From Candidatus Dormiibacterota bacterium (lineage in GTDB: Bacteria; Chloroflexota; Dormibacteria; Aeolococcales; Aeolococcaceae), in assembly GCA_963718525.1 (NCBI GenBank), contig OY970355.1:2528001-2592000 (forward strand): DNA of 64,000 nt, given 5' to 3'. Of the stretch, positions 52,335 to 61,481 are shown one piece after another. The position numbers and the translations under genes are program-made. Under the pieces are notes generated by a model. The model ran no database searches. It was given only the letters and a program-made list of their open reading frames with translations, and had not been told where the DNA came from. Positions within the stretch are counted from its first letter, which is position 1, and each line of letters starts with the position of its first letter.

Positions 52335-52997
52335 TTAGCATCCAAGGTAATCCTCGAGGGTATAGACGTGGCCCGAGGTTATATAGATGTAACCGTCGTA
52401 ATCTACATACCGGGTGTGTGCCGCGCCGCCCCCGCCAGGATGTCCCCAGCCATCGCTGAGCACTAAACCGCAGACGTCATTGGAATGAAAGTTGAGATCT
52501 ATGATCGGGCTAACAAAGTTTCCCGAACTTGCGGTGCCTGGGGGGCCGCCGCCTGTATTCAAGTAGCTCCAGCCGCCGCGGTCCGTCGGCGGGTCGAAAT
52601 AAGACATCCAAGCATATTGGTACGTGAAGTACTGATCCTGATATGTGGTATCAGTGAACCACGCCTGGAGGCTAAGTGAGACATCAGGGTTATTTGGCCC
52701 GTCCCTCAGCAGCGTGCCATTGACGGTATACCAGGAAATCTCCACCTCCGTATCGCCATAGTGGTGATTCGCCCACGCCGTGCAACCCACGGAGCCGGCT
52801 CCGCGTATCGACCAAATGCTGAGTGTCTCATTGACCCAGTCATGGTCGTTGGCGAGATAAACAACGTTACCCAAAGGATCTTGAAAGACGGAGTAGTAGC
52901 AAGGGTTCGAAGCGCGTGCGACCTTCGTACCCCCGAACCCTACTGCCGACACGACGGCGAGTAGCGCCGCCACGCCAAGTATGAGCGGCTTGCGCAT
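52335..52997 (-). CDS. Secreted aromatic-rich hypothetical protein
   Basis: GGAGG RBS; signal peptide MRKPLILGVAALLAVVSAVGFGGTKVARA; rich in Tyr/Trp; 4 Cys. Confidence 0.8.
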   Translation of the reverse strand: MRKPLILGVAALLAVVSAVGFGGTKVARASNPCYYSVFQDPLGNVVYLANDHDWVNETLSIWSIRGAGSVGCTAWANHHYGDTEVEISWYTVNGTLLRDGPNNPDVSLSLQAWFTDTTYQDQYFTYQYAWMSYFDPPTDRGGWSYLNTGGGPPGTASSGNFVSPIIDLNFHSNDVCGLVLSDGWGHPGGGGAAHTRYVDYDGYIYITSGHVYTLEDYLGC

Positions 52998-53139
52998 CTG
53001 TTCCACCTCCAGGGTGGGCCCTCCCGCGGGGGCCCTCGCATGCAGCCTACGCGTCCTGTCAGCACATTCCTAGAGCCGTTTGGCTTAGGTCATCATGTCA
53101 TACGGGCTAGATTGACTCCTCGTTAGAAGACCCCGAACG

Positions 53140-53800
53140 GTGGATCGCGCTGCATGGGGCGACGTTGTTGGTCGCCTGACTGCAGCCGTCGAAGGCGACG
53201 AGTTGTGGGTGCTCATGCTCACCACGGGGTTGCGCCAGGGTGAGCTGCTCGCACTCCGGTGGCGGGATATCGACCTTGACGCTGGCCGTCTCGCGGTCAC
53301 TGCCAACTCGGTGCGGGTAACGAAGCGCGCCCGGGACCTGCTCGCCATAAAGAGCTCTGAGCCGATGCGCGGCGCGCCGAAGACTCAGCGCAGCCGGCGC
53401 GTGGTCGAGATGCCTTCGCTCGCCGTCGAGGCCCTGCAGCGCCATCGCGAAGACACCACAGTCGTCAGCCTCGACGGCCGGGTCTTCGCGCGGCCGGACG
53501 GACGCACCCTTGCGGTCCAGGCGGTCTACAACGGCTGGCATCGGCTCCTCGCGCCGCGCTGGCGTCCCGCTCGTCCGCCCCCATGACGCGCGTCACACCA
53601 CGGCAACGCTAATGCTCGGCCAGGGCGTCCACCCGAAGCTCGTTTCAGAGATGCTCGGCCAGGGCGTCCACCCGAAGCTCGTTTCAGAGATGCTCGGCCA
53701 CGCGACGGTCGCGATCACGCTCGACCTCTACAGCCATGCCACCGCGGCCATGCATCGCGAGGCGGCGACCACGCTCGACGCCCTCCTCCGGAACACTCCC
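53140..53800 (+). pseudogene. Tyrosine recombinase/integrase, N-truncated and frameshifted
   Basis: TGLRQGELLALRW.DIDL (Arg I), PKT..SRR (Lys), frameshift at ~53552, then HDARHT, MLGH and LDLYSH (Tyr); no N-terminal domains. Confidence 0.93.
53612..53700 (+). repeat. Perfect 39-bp tandem duplication in the integrase
   Basis: ATGCTCGGCCAGGGCGTCCACCCGAAGCTCGTTTCAGAG x2 plus an 11-bp partial third copy. Confidence 0.95.
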
Positions 53801-53811
53801 GGCCGACGCTT

Positions 53812-54011
53812 GTGGGTTTCCACCCGACCGTCTGGTATTGGGTGCTGGTGGGCGTCGGGGGGTCGCCATTGCTGTGCTGGCCGCTGGCCGCCCGGCGAGC
53901 CGGCGAGCCGCTGCGGCAGCGTGGAAGCGCGACCGGACCCTTCGCATTTCAATCTACGCCCTGCCCTTCCTTGTCCTGGCGATTGTGGCCTACCGACTCG
54001 TCTACGGTTGA
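53812..54011 (+). pseudogene. Small 2-TM protein split by a frameshift in a G6 run
   Basis: Adding one G at 53857-53862 joins MGFHPTVWYWVLVGVGG to VAIAVLAAG...ISIYALPFLVLAIVAYRLVYG*. Confidence 0.55.
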
Positions 54012-54099
54012 CCCCTTATCGACCCCTTCAAGGGGGTCATTTCAGGGTCATTCCAGGGCGCTCCTGACCACCGATTCGTATTCAAAAGGCCCGGTTTGA
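54009..54099. repeat. Integrase arm-type block next to the tRNA 3' end
   Basis: GACCCCTT x2, inverted AAGGGGGTCA/CAGGGTCA, CGTATTCAAAA (also at ~51947); homologous to 49051-49135. Confidence 0.8.
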
Positions 54100-54186
54100 T
54101 GGTGCCGAGGAAGGGACTCGAACCCTTACAAGGTTGCCCTCACTAGCCCCTCAAGCTAGCGTGTCTACCAATTCCACCACCTCGGC
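54100..54186 (-). tRNA. tRNA-Leu (anticodon GAG)
   Basis: GCCGAGG acceptor stem, D loop TTGGTAGAC, CTAGC-TTGAGGG-GCTAG anticodon arm, long variable arm, GGTTCGAGTCC T loop, encoded CCA; 87 nt. Confidence 0.98.
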
Positions 54187-54318
54187 ACGGGCGACCGGAC
54201 GCCCCTGGGGCGCCGACGGCCCAGCCATTCTACAGGCGTTCGGGCGTGCCACCCCACCCGGCTGAATTCGAGTCGCCTCGTGTGGCATGCTGAGCGAAGC
54301 AGCTCTGTGAGGATGGCC

Positions 54319-54750
54319 ATGCCACACGACTTCCACGCGATACTGGGGCAGGTGTCGCGTCGACTGCTCGGAATCGAGCGGCAGCTACGGACCGCGCATG
54401 GGGGGAATCGCGCGTACACCTGGGGTCTTCCCGCAGCGGCGCTGCTGCTTTGCTTCACGATCCTGGTCGTCGCTGGAACGCTGAGCGGGGCCTCGGCGGC
54501 CGAGTTTCTCCCCATCGCAATCTTCGAGGGGCTGGTCATCGCTGGATTGTTCGTCGCCTGCATGATGCCGGCCGCCACGCCCCCTGACGATCGGGGCGAC
54601 CGCGGTCCCGACCCCGAACCCCCGGCGACGCCACCGCCCACCGACCCGACCGTTTGGGTGCGGCTGCTCGCGGAGTCGAACCTCCCCTCGCCAGACGCCG
54701 GCAACATCGAGGAGCACACCCGTCGCGAGTTGACCGGCGCGCCACGCTGA
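54319..54750 (+). CDS. 2-TM membrane protein with Pro/Asp-rich tail
   Basis: GAGG RBS, two hydrophobic helices, DDRGDRGPDPEPP tail. Confidence 0.7.
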   Translation: MPHDFHAILGQVSRRLLGIERQLRTAHGGNRAYTWGLPAAALLLCFTILVVAGTLSGASAAEFLPIAIFEGLVIAGLFVACMMPAATPPDDRGDRGPDPEPPATPPPTDPTVWVRLLAESNLPSPDAGNIEEHTRRELTGAPR

Positions 54751-54940
54751 ACCACGCCGCCGCGCGTGACGGTGCCGCGTTCGTGCTGCTTCGCCGGTCG
54801 ACTGCGACAGGTACTGCGGCGATCGGGCGATACTGGCCACCGATCGCTGGCTGCGATCGTCGTGCTCACCGCCGGGTTGTCGGCGGTCCGTCGAAGCAGC
54901 GCCGGCACCTAAGTCCCGGGCACACGGATGCGGCGCTGCG

Positions 54941-55498
54941 TCATGCGGTGCCGAGTCGTCGCCAGACGGTGAGGGCGGGTGTGGCGCCCGGGAAGGGCTC
55001 CAATGCACGAACCGGCACCGTAGCGACCCTGCTGAACGTTTCATTCAATTCGTGCAGCCGCGTCGTGCGATGGCCGCCATCTCCAATCAACGCAACGATA
55101 TCTCCGCCGTAATAGCTCAGACAGTCCCCCAGGCTCGAGAACAGCGGAGGCCAGCAGAGAAAGAGCGATCGGTCGGCAAACTCGGTCAGGAGCGTCTGAT
55201 CCCCGGCGATGACGTCGGTCCACGTCTGAGCTGTCGCGTGATAGCGGTTGACGCGGGCACCGCCGGGCGGCGCCTGGTCGATGGCGATGACGTCGACGCC
55301 AAGAGCTCGGAGTCGAGACGCCCAGTACCCGGTGCCCGCTCCGATTTCGACCAGCGGAGCGACGCCGGCAAGGATCCCCAGCGAGCGATTGTCGGGAACG
55401 ACGTACGAGTAGCGCTGAGCGAGGCTGGCGACAGCCGCCTCCGGGTGGGCACCTTCCATGGCAGCCCCGAGCAGTGAGCCGAGGTCATCGAGGCGCAC
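54941..55498 (-). CDS. Class I SAM-dependent methyltransferase-like protein
   Basis: LVEIGAGTGYW motif I, VIAID, LFLCWPP. Confidence 0.75.
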   Translation of the reverse strand: MRLDDLGSLLGAAMEGAHPEAAVASLAQRYSYVVPDNRSLGILAGVAPLVEIGAGTGYWASRLRALGVDVIAIDQAPPGGARVNRYHATAQTWTDVIAGDQTLLTEFADRSLFLCWPPLFSSLGDCLSYYGGDIVALIGDGGHRTTRLHELNETFSRVATVPVRALEPFPGATPALTVWRRLGTA

Positions 55499-55757
55499 CG
55501 GCGAATCGTCCTCCTATGTCCTGACCAGACGAGCCGTATCCCACTTCAGGTCCCGCGCGACTTAGTCGCAGAGATTCCGCGCCACAGCGGCCCCGCCGCA
55601 GCAGGACGTATCGGGCCGTTTTCCGCGCTCGGTGCCACAGCGCGACACACGGTCGCAGCGCAGATCCACGGCTATTGCGGTTGGCGGAACGCGCGGTGAG
55701 CGAATATCCTCGGGTGGCGCTCCAGCTCGGCAGGCTCCGCGAACGCTAGGGCTGACC

Positions 55758-56525
55758 TCAGTTATCGGGTGGCGGGCTCGGGCCGGGGCTCGACGATGGA
55801 CTGCTGCCGCCATCGTCTCCCCCGCCACCACCGCCATCATCGCCCCCTCCACCGCCGTCGGACGGCGACGGGTCCGGACTCTTCGTGGAGGAGCCTGGAC
55901 GCGTCGTGCGCTCTGCGGGATCAGATGCTTCGGGGGTGTGCGTGTGGTCGTCCGTCGGCTCTGGTGGCGCGGCCGCCGGTGGGGACGGCGGGCTCGCCGG
56001 CTGGAGCCCGGACTCCTCGGTGAGCAGGGCCGCCGCATCGAGGCGGTACCGTGGCCAGAGCGGCGACGACGGGTTGCCGGATAGCTCGGCGAAGGCGACA
56101 CCGAGCTCATTCGCGGCGTCCGCAATGCTCTGGGCTGGATTGATCCGATCTCTCGCTTCGGCCATGCTCTGCTCCGCAAACTCGAGGTGCAGCGCCGTGT
56201 CATCGGCACCCGGAAGCTTGAGCATCACGCTCTGACGGGCAGCGCGAACCAGGAACAGCGCTGACCCTGGGGGTGCGTTCCACCCGGCGGCTGCGACGCC
56301 TGCCGCAGCCATGACAGTGGCGGCCGAAGCGATCAGCCCAGCGTGGCTGAATCGCCGGCGAAAGCTGAGGAACCCTCCGGTGAGCGGACGTCGCGAGGCA
56401 ATGATGATGGCATCGAGCATCGCGTCGTGCGCTCGCTCCCGCGCGTGCCTGCGTGGGGCTCGCCGGCTGCTCTGGCGCCACGCATCGAGGGAAAAAGAGA
56501 GCTGTGGGTCGATCCACTCGTTCAT
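55758..56525 (-). CDS. Putative anti-sigma factor (TM, DUF5667-like helical region, low-complexity tail)
   Basis: ATGA-coupled to the ECF sigma gene; TM then PGSALF.V....L.FAE....EA; Pro/Ser/Gly tail. Confidence 0.72.
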   Translation of the reverse strand: MNEWIDPQLSFSLDAWRQSSRRAPRRHARERAHDAMLDAIIIASRRPLTGGFLSFRRRFSHAGLIASAATVMAAAGVAAAGWNAPPGSALFLVRAARQSVMLKLPGADDTALHLEFAEQSMAEARDRINPAQSIADAANELGVAFAELSGNPSSPLWPRYRLDAAALLTEESGLQPASPPSPPAAAPPEPTDDHTHTPEASDPAERTTRPGSSTKSPDPSPSDGGGGGDDGGGGGGDDGGSSPSSSPGPSPPPDN

Positions 56526-57106
56526 GCCGCTCTCGTCGGGGTCAACGCACGTCTCACGGCGTCGAGTGCCCGGTGTTGCAAGGACTTCACCGCACCGACG
56601 CTCCGCGTGGTGGTGGCGGCCACCTCCTCGAGCGACTGATCGAGAACGAATCGGCGAATGAGGACGTCGCGCTGGTCCTCGGTGAGATGCACCATGGCAT
56701 TGCGAACCCGACGGGCTTCGATGTTCATCTCGGCGATTGCGCCCGGATCGAGATCCACCGGACGTGGCTCAAACGCCACGCCACGCGCGCGGATTCCCCT
56801 GCGGATGTGATCGACGGCCTTGTTTCTGCAGATGTGCAGGAACCAGGCCTGCACCGCGGGCTCCCGCGGATCCCGGAGGGTTTTGATCGACGTCACGGCC
56901 GCCACAAACACTTCCTGTGTCACATCCTCGGCAGCTGTCAGATCACCAAGGCGAGCGAGCGCGTACGCATGCACATCGGCGTAGAAACGCTCGAAGAGAG
57001 CGCTCCAGCCGTGTGCCTCGCCACGCTGCGCGGCCGCTACCGCCTGGGCAAGGCGGTCGGTGTCTGCCAGGTTCGCGCCGCCCCTGTGGGTTTCATCGAA
57101 TATCAA
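56522..57106 (-). CDS. ECF sigma-70 family RNA polymerase sigma factor
   Basis: AEDVTQEVF, AWFLHICRN.AVD, LTEDQRDVL..RF, GAVKSLQHRA. Confidence 0.93.
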   Translation of the reverse strand: MIFDETHRGGANLADTDRLAQAVAAAQRGEAHGWSALFERFYADVHAYALARLGDLTAAEDVTQEVFVAAVTSIKTLRDPREPAVQAWFLHICRNKAVDHIRRGIRARGVAFEPRPVDLDPGAIAEMNIEARRVRNAMVHLTEDQRDVLIRRFVLDQSLEEVAATTTRSVGAVKSLQHRALDAVRRALTPTRAA

Positions 57107-57225
57107 GTCGGATGCCGTGGCCTCCGGGATACGGGTGGGCGGCGTTCACGGACTGGAGCCGGCCGCGCAACTCGGCGATGAGCGTCAAACTCGGGTCCAA
57201 GGCCGATCGCGATTCGCGTCGGCGG

Positions 57226-58110
57226 TCAGGTACCGCAGGTGGCGTCGCCATTGATCGTGATGGTGTGTCCTGCGCCTCCCGCGCCGGTCTGGGTCAGCGT
57301 TGCGGTGTTCCAGTGGACGTGGCCGTTGCCGAGCGTGTACAGACCGGCTGCCGACGACGTGAAGAAGAAGCCGGTCGACGCGGTCGAGATGGAACCGAAA
57401 TACACCTCACCATTGCCGCCTCCGATCTCGACCGACGCCGGCGATGCGCCGACGTTCGTCAGCCCGTTGATGAGCGCAAACGTGGCGCCCGCGGGACAGC
57501 TGACGAGCATTGAGGTCAGGGGACCGTTGATTGCACCGGCGGTGCTGGACCCGTTGATCGTGATGGTCCCGGCGCCGGGTGTTTTGTCACCGCAGGACAC
57601 GGATCCGGAGATCGCAGTGATCGAGCCGATCGTGCCCTTCTTCTGGCCGGCGGGGGTGGTGTCGGCGAGCTGGGCGTTGAACTGTGCGCCCTTCTTCGCG
57701 TCGAAGTTGGTCACCCCGGGCCCGGCGAAATTCCGCTGGGTATACGTGGCTCCCGACCCTGCGCCGATACGGACGAACACCTCGCTCGACGTGAGCGTGA
57801 TGTAACCCCCCATCGACCCATCGGCCGTGGCGACCTGCAGCGTGATCTCCGGACCGTTGAGCGACGGAAAGGAGCAGGTCACCGCTGTCGGGGCAACGGT
57901 GGCCACGAGCTGGACTGCCCCGGAGTCCGTGAAGTGCCCACCGGCTGGTGGCTGCGGTGTCGGCGTCGGGGTGGGCGTAGGGGGCGCAGCGCTCGAGGCT
58001 GGCCCAGCGCCACCGCATGCGGTCAGCGTCAGCGCCGCGCCGGCGAGGACGAGCAATGCAAGCCATCCCGTGGCCGGGGACCCGGAACGCTGAGTGCGCA
58101 AGAGCTCCAT
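57226..58110 (-). CDS. Lipoprotein of unknown function
   Basis: Lipobox LTAC, PTPTPTP linker, Gly/Thr-rich beta-type body with 4 further Cys. Confidence 0.85.
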   Translation of the reverse strand: MELLRTQRSGSPATGWLALLVLAGAALTLTACGGAGPASSAAPPTPTPTPTPQPPAGGHFTDSGAVQLVATVAPTAVTCSFPSLNGPEITLQVATADGSMGGYITLTSSEVFVRIGAGSGATYTQRNFAGPGVTNFDAKKGAQFNAQLADTTPAGQKKGTIGSITAISGSVSCGDKTPGAGTITINGSSTAGAINGPLTSMLVSCPAGATFALINGLTNVGASPASVEIGGGNGEVYFGSISTASTGFFFTSSAAGLYTLGNGHVHWNTATLTQTGAGGAGHTITINGDATCGT

Positions 58111-58175
58111 GGCCCGGCATGATCCCTTGTCGCGAGGTCAGACGTCCGAATATCGACAGAACGTTCGCAGTGACG

Positions 58176-59285
58176 TCACATGGCGTCAGGCTGTGGTCGT
58201 TTCCGCCGGGAGCCGGCGCGCCAGGCCGCGAGGAGATCCTGCTGGGAGTGGACACCGAACTTCTGGAAGATCGCGCTCAGGTGGTTCCGCACCGTGCTCT
58301 GGCTGAGGTACATCTCGGCGGCGATGATGGCGACCCGCTCGCCCTGAGCAAGGCGAGACGCGATCTCCCACTGCCGCGGCGAGAGTTCCGCGCTGGGCGG
58401 GACCCCGAACACGCCGGCCCTCTCGACCAACGGCGCCATGACGCCTGTTGCCTCGATCTGCGACGCGAGACGACGGAGGTGGCCGGCGAGCTGGCTCGCA
58501 GCAGTGGAGTCCGGGACTCGGGGGTCTGTGGCGGCCGCGGCGATGAAGGAGAACGGCAGCGCCCCGTCGCCTTCAAGCACGGTGATGACTGCACGGACGG
58601 CTCGCCATCCGCGTTCCTGGCGCAGGCGGACACGAACATCGCTAGCGGGCTCGGTGGTGGCTCGAGCGAATGCCAGAAGCAGCGCGGCGAGGTCATCACG
58701 ATGGACGAGCTCGAGGATGGAACACCCGAGGAATTCGGCTGGGGGTCGGCCGAGGACCGCACCCGCGTTCGTGCTGATATTGGCGACCCGCCATCGGTCG
58801 TCGAGCGTGACCTGCGCGGCTTCAGCGTAGGCAGCCCTGTGGTTTCTGGGCGGCGACGTCATGACGTCCTCTCCGATCGACGGTGATTTGCCGGGTGCGG
58901 GCTCAAACGCGATCCACAGTCCGAGGTCTGGCCCCGAGCTCGAGCGGATCGCCCAGCCGCTTACCAGCAACTCGACCATCGATCCGTCCGGCCCGTGGAA
59001 ACGGCGCCGGCCATCGATCCCATCGAGCACCCGTTCGCGGACCAGGCGGAACGCCTCGGTCGCCTCGCGCGGGCGCTCCGTGACCGAGAGGTAGCTCGGA
59101 TCGGGACCGTGCTCAGGCGTGGCACACAACAGTTCTTCGGCGCGCTGTGACGTCTCAACCAGGCGATGGGTCGCCAGCTCGACCAACCCAACCGCCAGCG
59201 GGCTGGTACGCACCGCCTCCCGCCACATCGCAATCCAGCGACTCTGGCGATCGCCCCCCTCCCAGGTCCGGGAGATCCGCTCCAT
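58176..59285 (-). CDS. PAS-domain LuxR family transcriptional regulator
   Basis: PAS-like LGRPPAEFLG.SILELVH.DD; C-terminal LSPRQWEI...IAAEMYLSQSTVRNHLSAIFQKFGVHS. Confidence 0.88.
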   Translation of the reverse strand: MERISRTWEGGDRQSRWIAMWREAVRTSPLAVGLVELATHRLVETSQRAEELLCATPEHGPDPSYLSVTERPREATEAFRLVRERVLDGIDGRRRFHGPDGSMVELLVSGWAIRSSSGPDLGLWIAFEPAPGKSPSIGEDVMTSPPRNHRAAYAEAAQVTLDDRWRVANISTNAGAVLGRPPAEFLGCSILELVHRDDLAALLLAFARATTEPASDVRVRLRQERGWRAVRAVITVLEGDGALPFSFIAAAATDPRVPDSTAASQLAGHLRRLASQIEATGVMAPLVERAGVFGVPPSAELSPRQWEIASRLAQGERVAIIAAEMYLSQSTVRNHLSAIFQKFGVHSQQDLLAAWRAGSRRKRPQPDAM

Positions 59286-59408
59286 TGCTGTTGGTCGTCC
59301 TACCTGGTAACTTCGGTCACACACGCTGTGTCAATTGACAGCGTCCTATGACAGAATAACAGGATCGGCGCGGTCGGTGAAAGGCACCTTGAGCGGAGAA
59401 TGGGATAC

Positions 59409-60158
59409 ATGGCCTCGTCGCGGATTGCAGAGAATTTGAAGTCGGCGCGAGAGCGCATGGGCTGGAGCCGCGAGGCGCTCGCGTACCACTCCGGGCTCAG
59501 CTGGTCGGCAATTGCCCAGATCGAATCCGGCCGGCGACAGGAGATTCGCGTCAGCAGCCTGGTGGCGCTGGCCAGTGCCCTGGGAGTGAGCGTCGACTAT
59601 CTCGTCGGCGGTGCGGCCACCGTGTCGCCTAGGCTCCTCGGCCACAAGGCGTTCATCTACAGCTCGGACGACGAGTTCCTCGCTTCGGCGGTACCGTTTC
59701 TCGCCGAGGGCATCGAGCGCTCCGAGGCCGTGCTGGCCGTCCCAGCTGCATGGCAGCTCGACTTGCTTCGTGACGCGTTGGGGGACGCCGCGCACCACGT
59801 CGAGTTCCTGGAATCGGCGGAGTGGTATGAGTCGCTTCGCGGAGCCTCGCGCGGTTACCTGGATTTCGTCCGCGATCGATTCGTCAATGGGGCTTCGTGG
59901 ATCCGAATTCTCGGAGAGGCGACGTGGCTCGGGCGAGCCGAAGCCCCGGCGGCCGAGTGGTTTCGCTATGAGTCGATGATCAACATCTCGTTGGCCTCAG
60001 CGCCGGCCACGATCGTCTGCACGTACGACGCGCGATCTCTGTCCGACGACGTGCTCATGGATGCGCGTCGCACGCACCCGGAAGTTCTCGCCGCCGACCA
60101 GGTTGCGACGAGCCTGGAGTACCAACCGCCCGAGGACTTCATACTGACCCTGGGATGA
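59409..60158 (+). CDS. XRE HTH plus MEDS sensory domain regulator
   Basis: LKSARERMGWSREALA..SGLS..AIAQIESG HTH; H.A.IY.SDDEFL...VPFL.EG, RILGE..W, W..YE..IN, C.YD and THP MEDS-like motifs. Confidence 0.88.
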   Translation: MASSRIAENLKSARERMGWSREALAYHSGLSWSAIAQIESGRRQEIRVSSLVALASALGVSVDYLVGGAATVSPRLLGHKAFIYSSDDEFLASAVPFLAEGIERSEAVLAVPAAWQLDLLRDALGDAAHHVEFLESAEWYESLRGASRGYLDFVRDRFVNGASWIRILGEATWLGRAEAPAAEWFRYESMINISLASAPATIVCTYDARSLSDDVLMDARRTHPEVLAADQVATSLEYQPPEDFILTLG

Positions 60159-60162
60159 CGTA

Positions 60163-60813
60163 GTGTGCTTCTCCGCCGAGGCCGATCTGGTCACGGGGGT
60201 CGTGGTGGGTGCTATCGGTGTCGATGCCCTTCGTCACGTCCGCAAACGCCACCAACTGGCGCTCGCAGCCACGCCGCTCCTCCTTGCGGTCCACGAGGTC
60301 GACGAGTTGTTCGTGTGGTGGGGACTCCACGGTCAGGTGTCCTACCAGGTCGAGCATGCGGCCATCTACGTCTTTCTGGCCGTAGCGTTCCTGCTGCCTT
60401 TCTGGGTGCCGTTCGCGATGCTCGGCGTGGAGACAAGGATCCATCGCCGCCGCCTGATGCAAGCGTTTCTCGTTGTGGGCACGATCACATCGGTGACGCT
60501 GCTCGTTGCGGTGGTCCGGGGTCCGGTTGGCGCAAGTATCGACGGGTCACATGTCGCCTATTCGGCAGACATCAGTTACGCGGACATTCTCGTTGTGCTC
60601 TACGTTATCGCCACGTGCGGCTCCTGCCTCGCGGCGAGCAATCGCTGGCTCGTCGTTCTCGGGCTCGCAAACCTCAGCGCCGTGATTGCGCTTGGATGGA
60701 TCACGTTCACCGGGTTCACGTCTCTGTGGTGCGCATGGGCGGCGCTGACGTCGATCGCGATCGTGCTCTATCTGCGCCGCTTCTCGACTGTCCAAGGGCT
60801 GGCTCCAACCTGA
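60163..60813 (+). CDS. Integral membrane protein (DUF6629-like)
   Basis: MCFSAEAD N-terminus, P.LLA.H...E..VW, FTSLWC.WAA; about 7 TM segments. Confidence 0.85.
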   Translation: MCFSAEADLVTGVVVGAIGVDALRHVRKRHQLALAATPLLLAVHEVDELFVWWGLHGQVSYQVEHAAIYVFLAVAFLLPFWVPFAMLGVETRIHRRRLMQAFLVVGTITSVTLLVAVVRGPVGASIDGSHVAYSADISYADILVVLYVIATCGSCLAASNRWLVVLGLANLSAVIALGWITFTGFTSLWCAWAALTSIAIVLYLRRFSTVQGLAPT

Positions 60814-60889
60814 CCGGGCAACCCGTGCACTGTGCTACCGATCCTGGACACATACCTGCTCAGATTCGACTACAAACCACGCCTTTAGC

Positions 60890-60942
60890 GGGGAAACAAG
60901 AGAGAGATACCCGGCAAGCATCCCGGACCTGGCGCCGTGCTA
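60890..60942. repeat. Repeat block R1, copy A
   Basis: GGGGAAACAA...GAGATACCCGGCAAGCATCC...GCGCC.TGCTA; the 20-bp core is identical to 63012-63031. Confidence 0.88.
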
Positions 60943-61254
60943 TGTCACCTTCGCGTTCTCGAGCGTCGCGAGCGTAATAGGGTGAGTTATCTACTCTGTT
61001 TCTGGACCGCCAAATCGGGGCCGACCAAGGGTCCGGTGACCACCTCACTATCGGTCGGTGCTGGGGTCGCTGGGAGCGGTGCGCATTTTGTTGGCCGGTG
61101 GGCCCTTCCGCTGGCGGGCGGTCGGTGAGGGTGCGTCGGGTCGCCGGGGACAGAGGTGCGATCTGCGGTCCAACGCTCCGGACCTAGGTCGACACGCGTC
61201 TCGACGCTCCGCATGAGCTGACGTCGAAGGAGACGTTCGACGCCTTTGCGCAGA

Positions 61255-61316
61255 TGTAACCATTGAGCACGGTTGCCGTTGAAGGGACGAAGGCAGACAT
61301 GAAACTCACAACCATC
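61255..61316 (+). promoter_or_regulatory. Repeat block R2, copy A: ECF-type promoter, RBS and MKLTTI start
   Basis: TGTAACC-15 nt-CGTTGAA, GAAGG, GACATGAAACTCACAACCATC (21 bp identical to 63623-63643). Confidence 0.75.
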
Positions 61317-61481
61317 GTCCGACAGCAAGACGATCCGATGATTGCATCTTCGCCATCAGCCGGTCGCCCCGTCTCTCTTTCCCCCCAGATGGCGGGACCT
61401 TTGACAGTAGGAGAGGTGGCCACTGGCCCTGTTACGCAGTTACGGACAAGACGTAGGCTGCGATCTGGAGGTACAGGTGAG

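Larger units (their letters stand above)
51902..54127. mobile_element. Degenerate integrative islet 1 (~2.2 kb) in tRNA-Leu(GAG)
   Basis: 28-bp direct repeats, GACCCCTT arm pairs at both inner ends, truncated integrase, cargo gene of visibly lower GC. Confidence 0.85.

Noticed and set aside
51551-52459. 302-aa ORF spanning the att core
   Set aside because: Chimeric read-through of the integrase relic, att site and intergenic DNA.
49136-54127. Repeats considered as a CRISPR array or as extra tRNA genes
   Set aside because: Spacing is in kilobases, no cas genes are present, and only the 3' 22-28 nt of the tRNA is copied. These are att-type cores.
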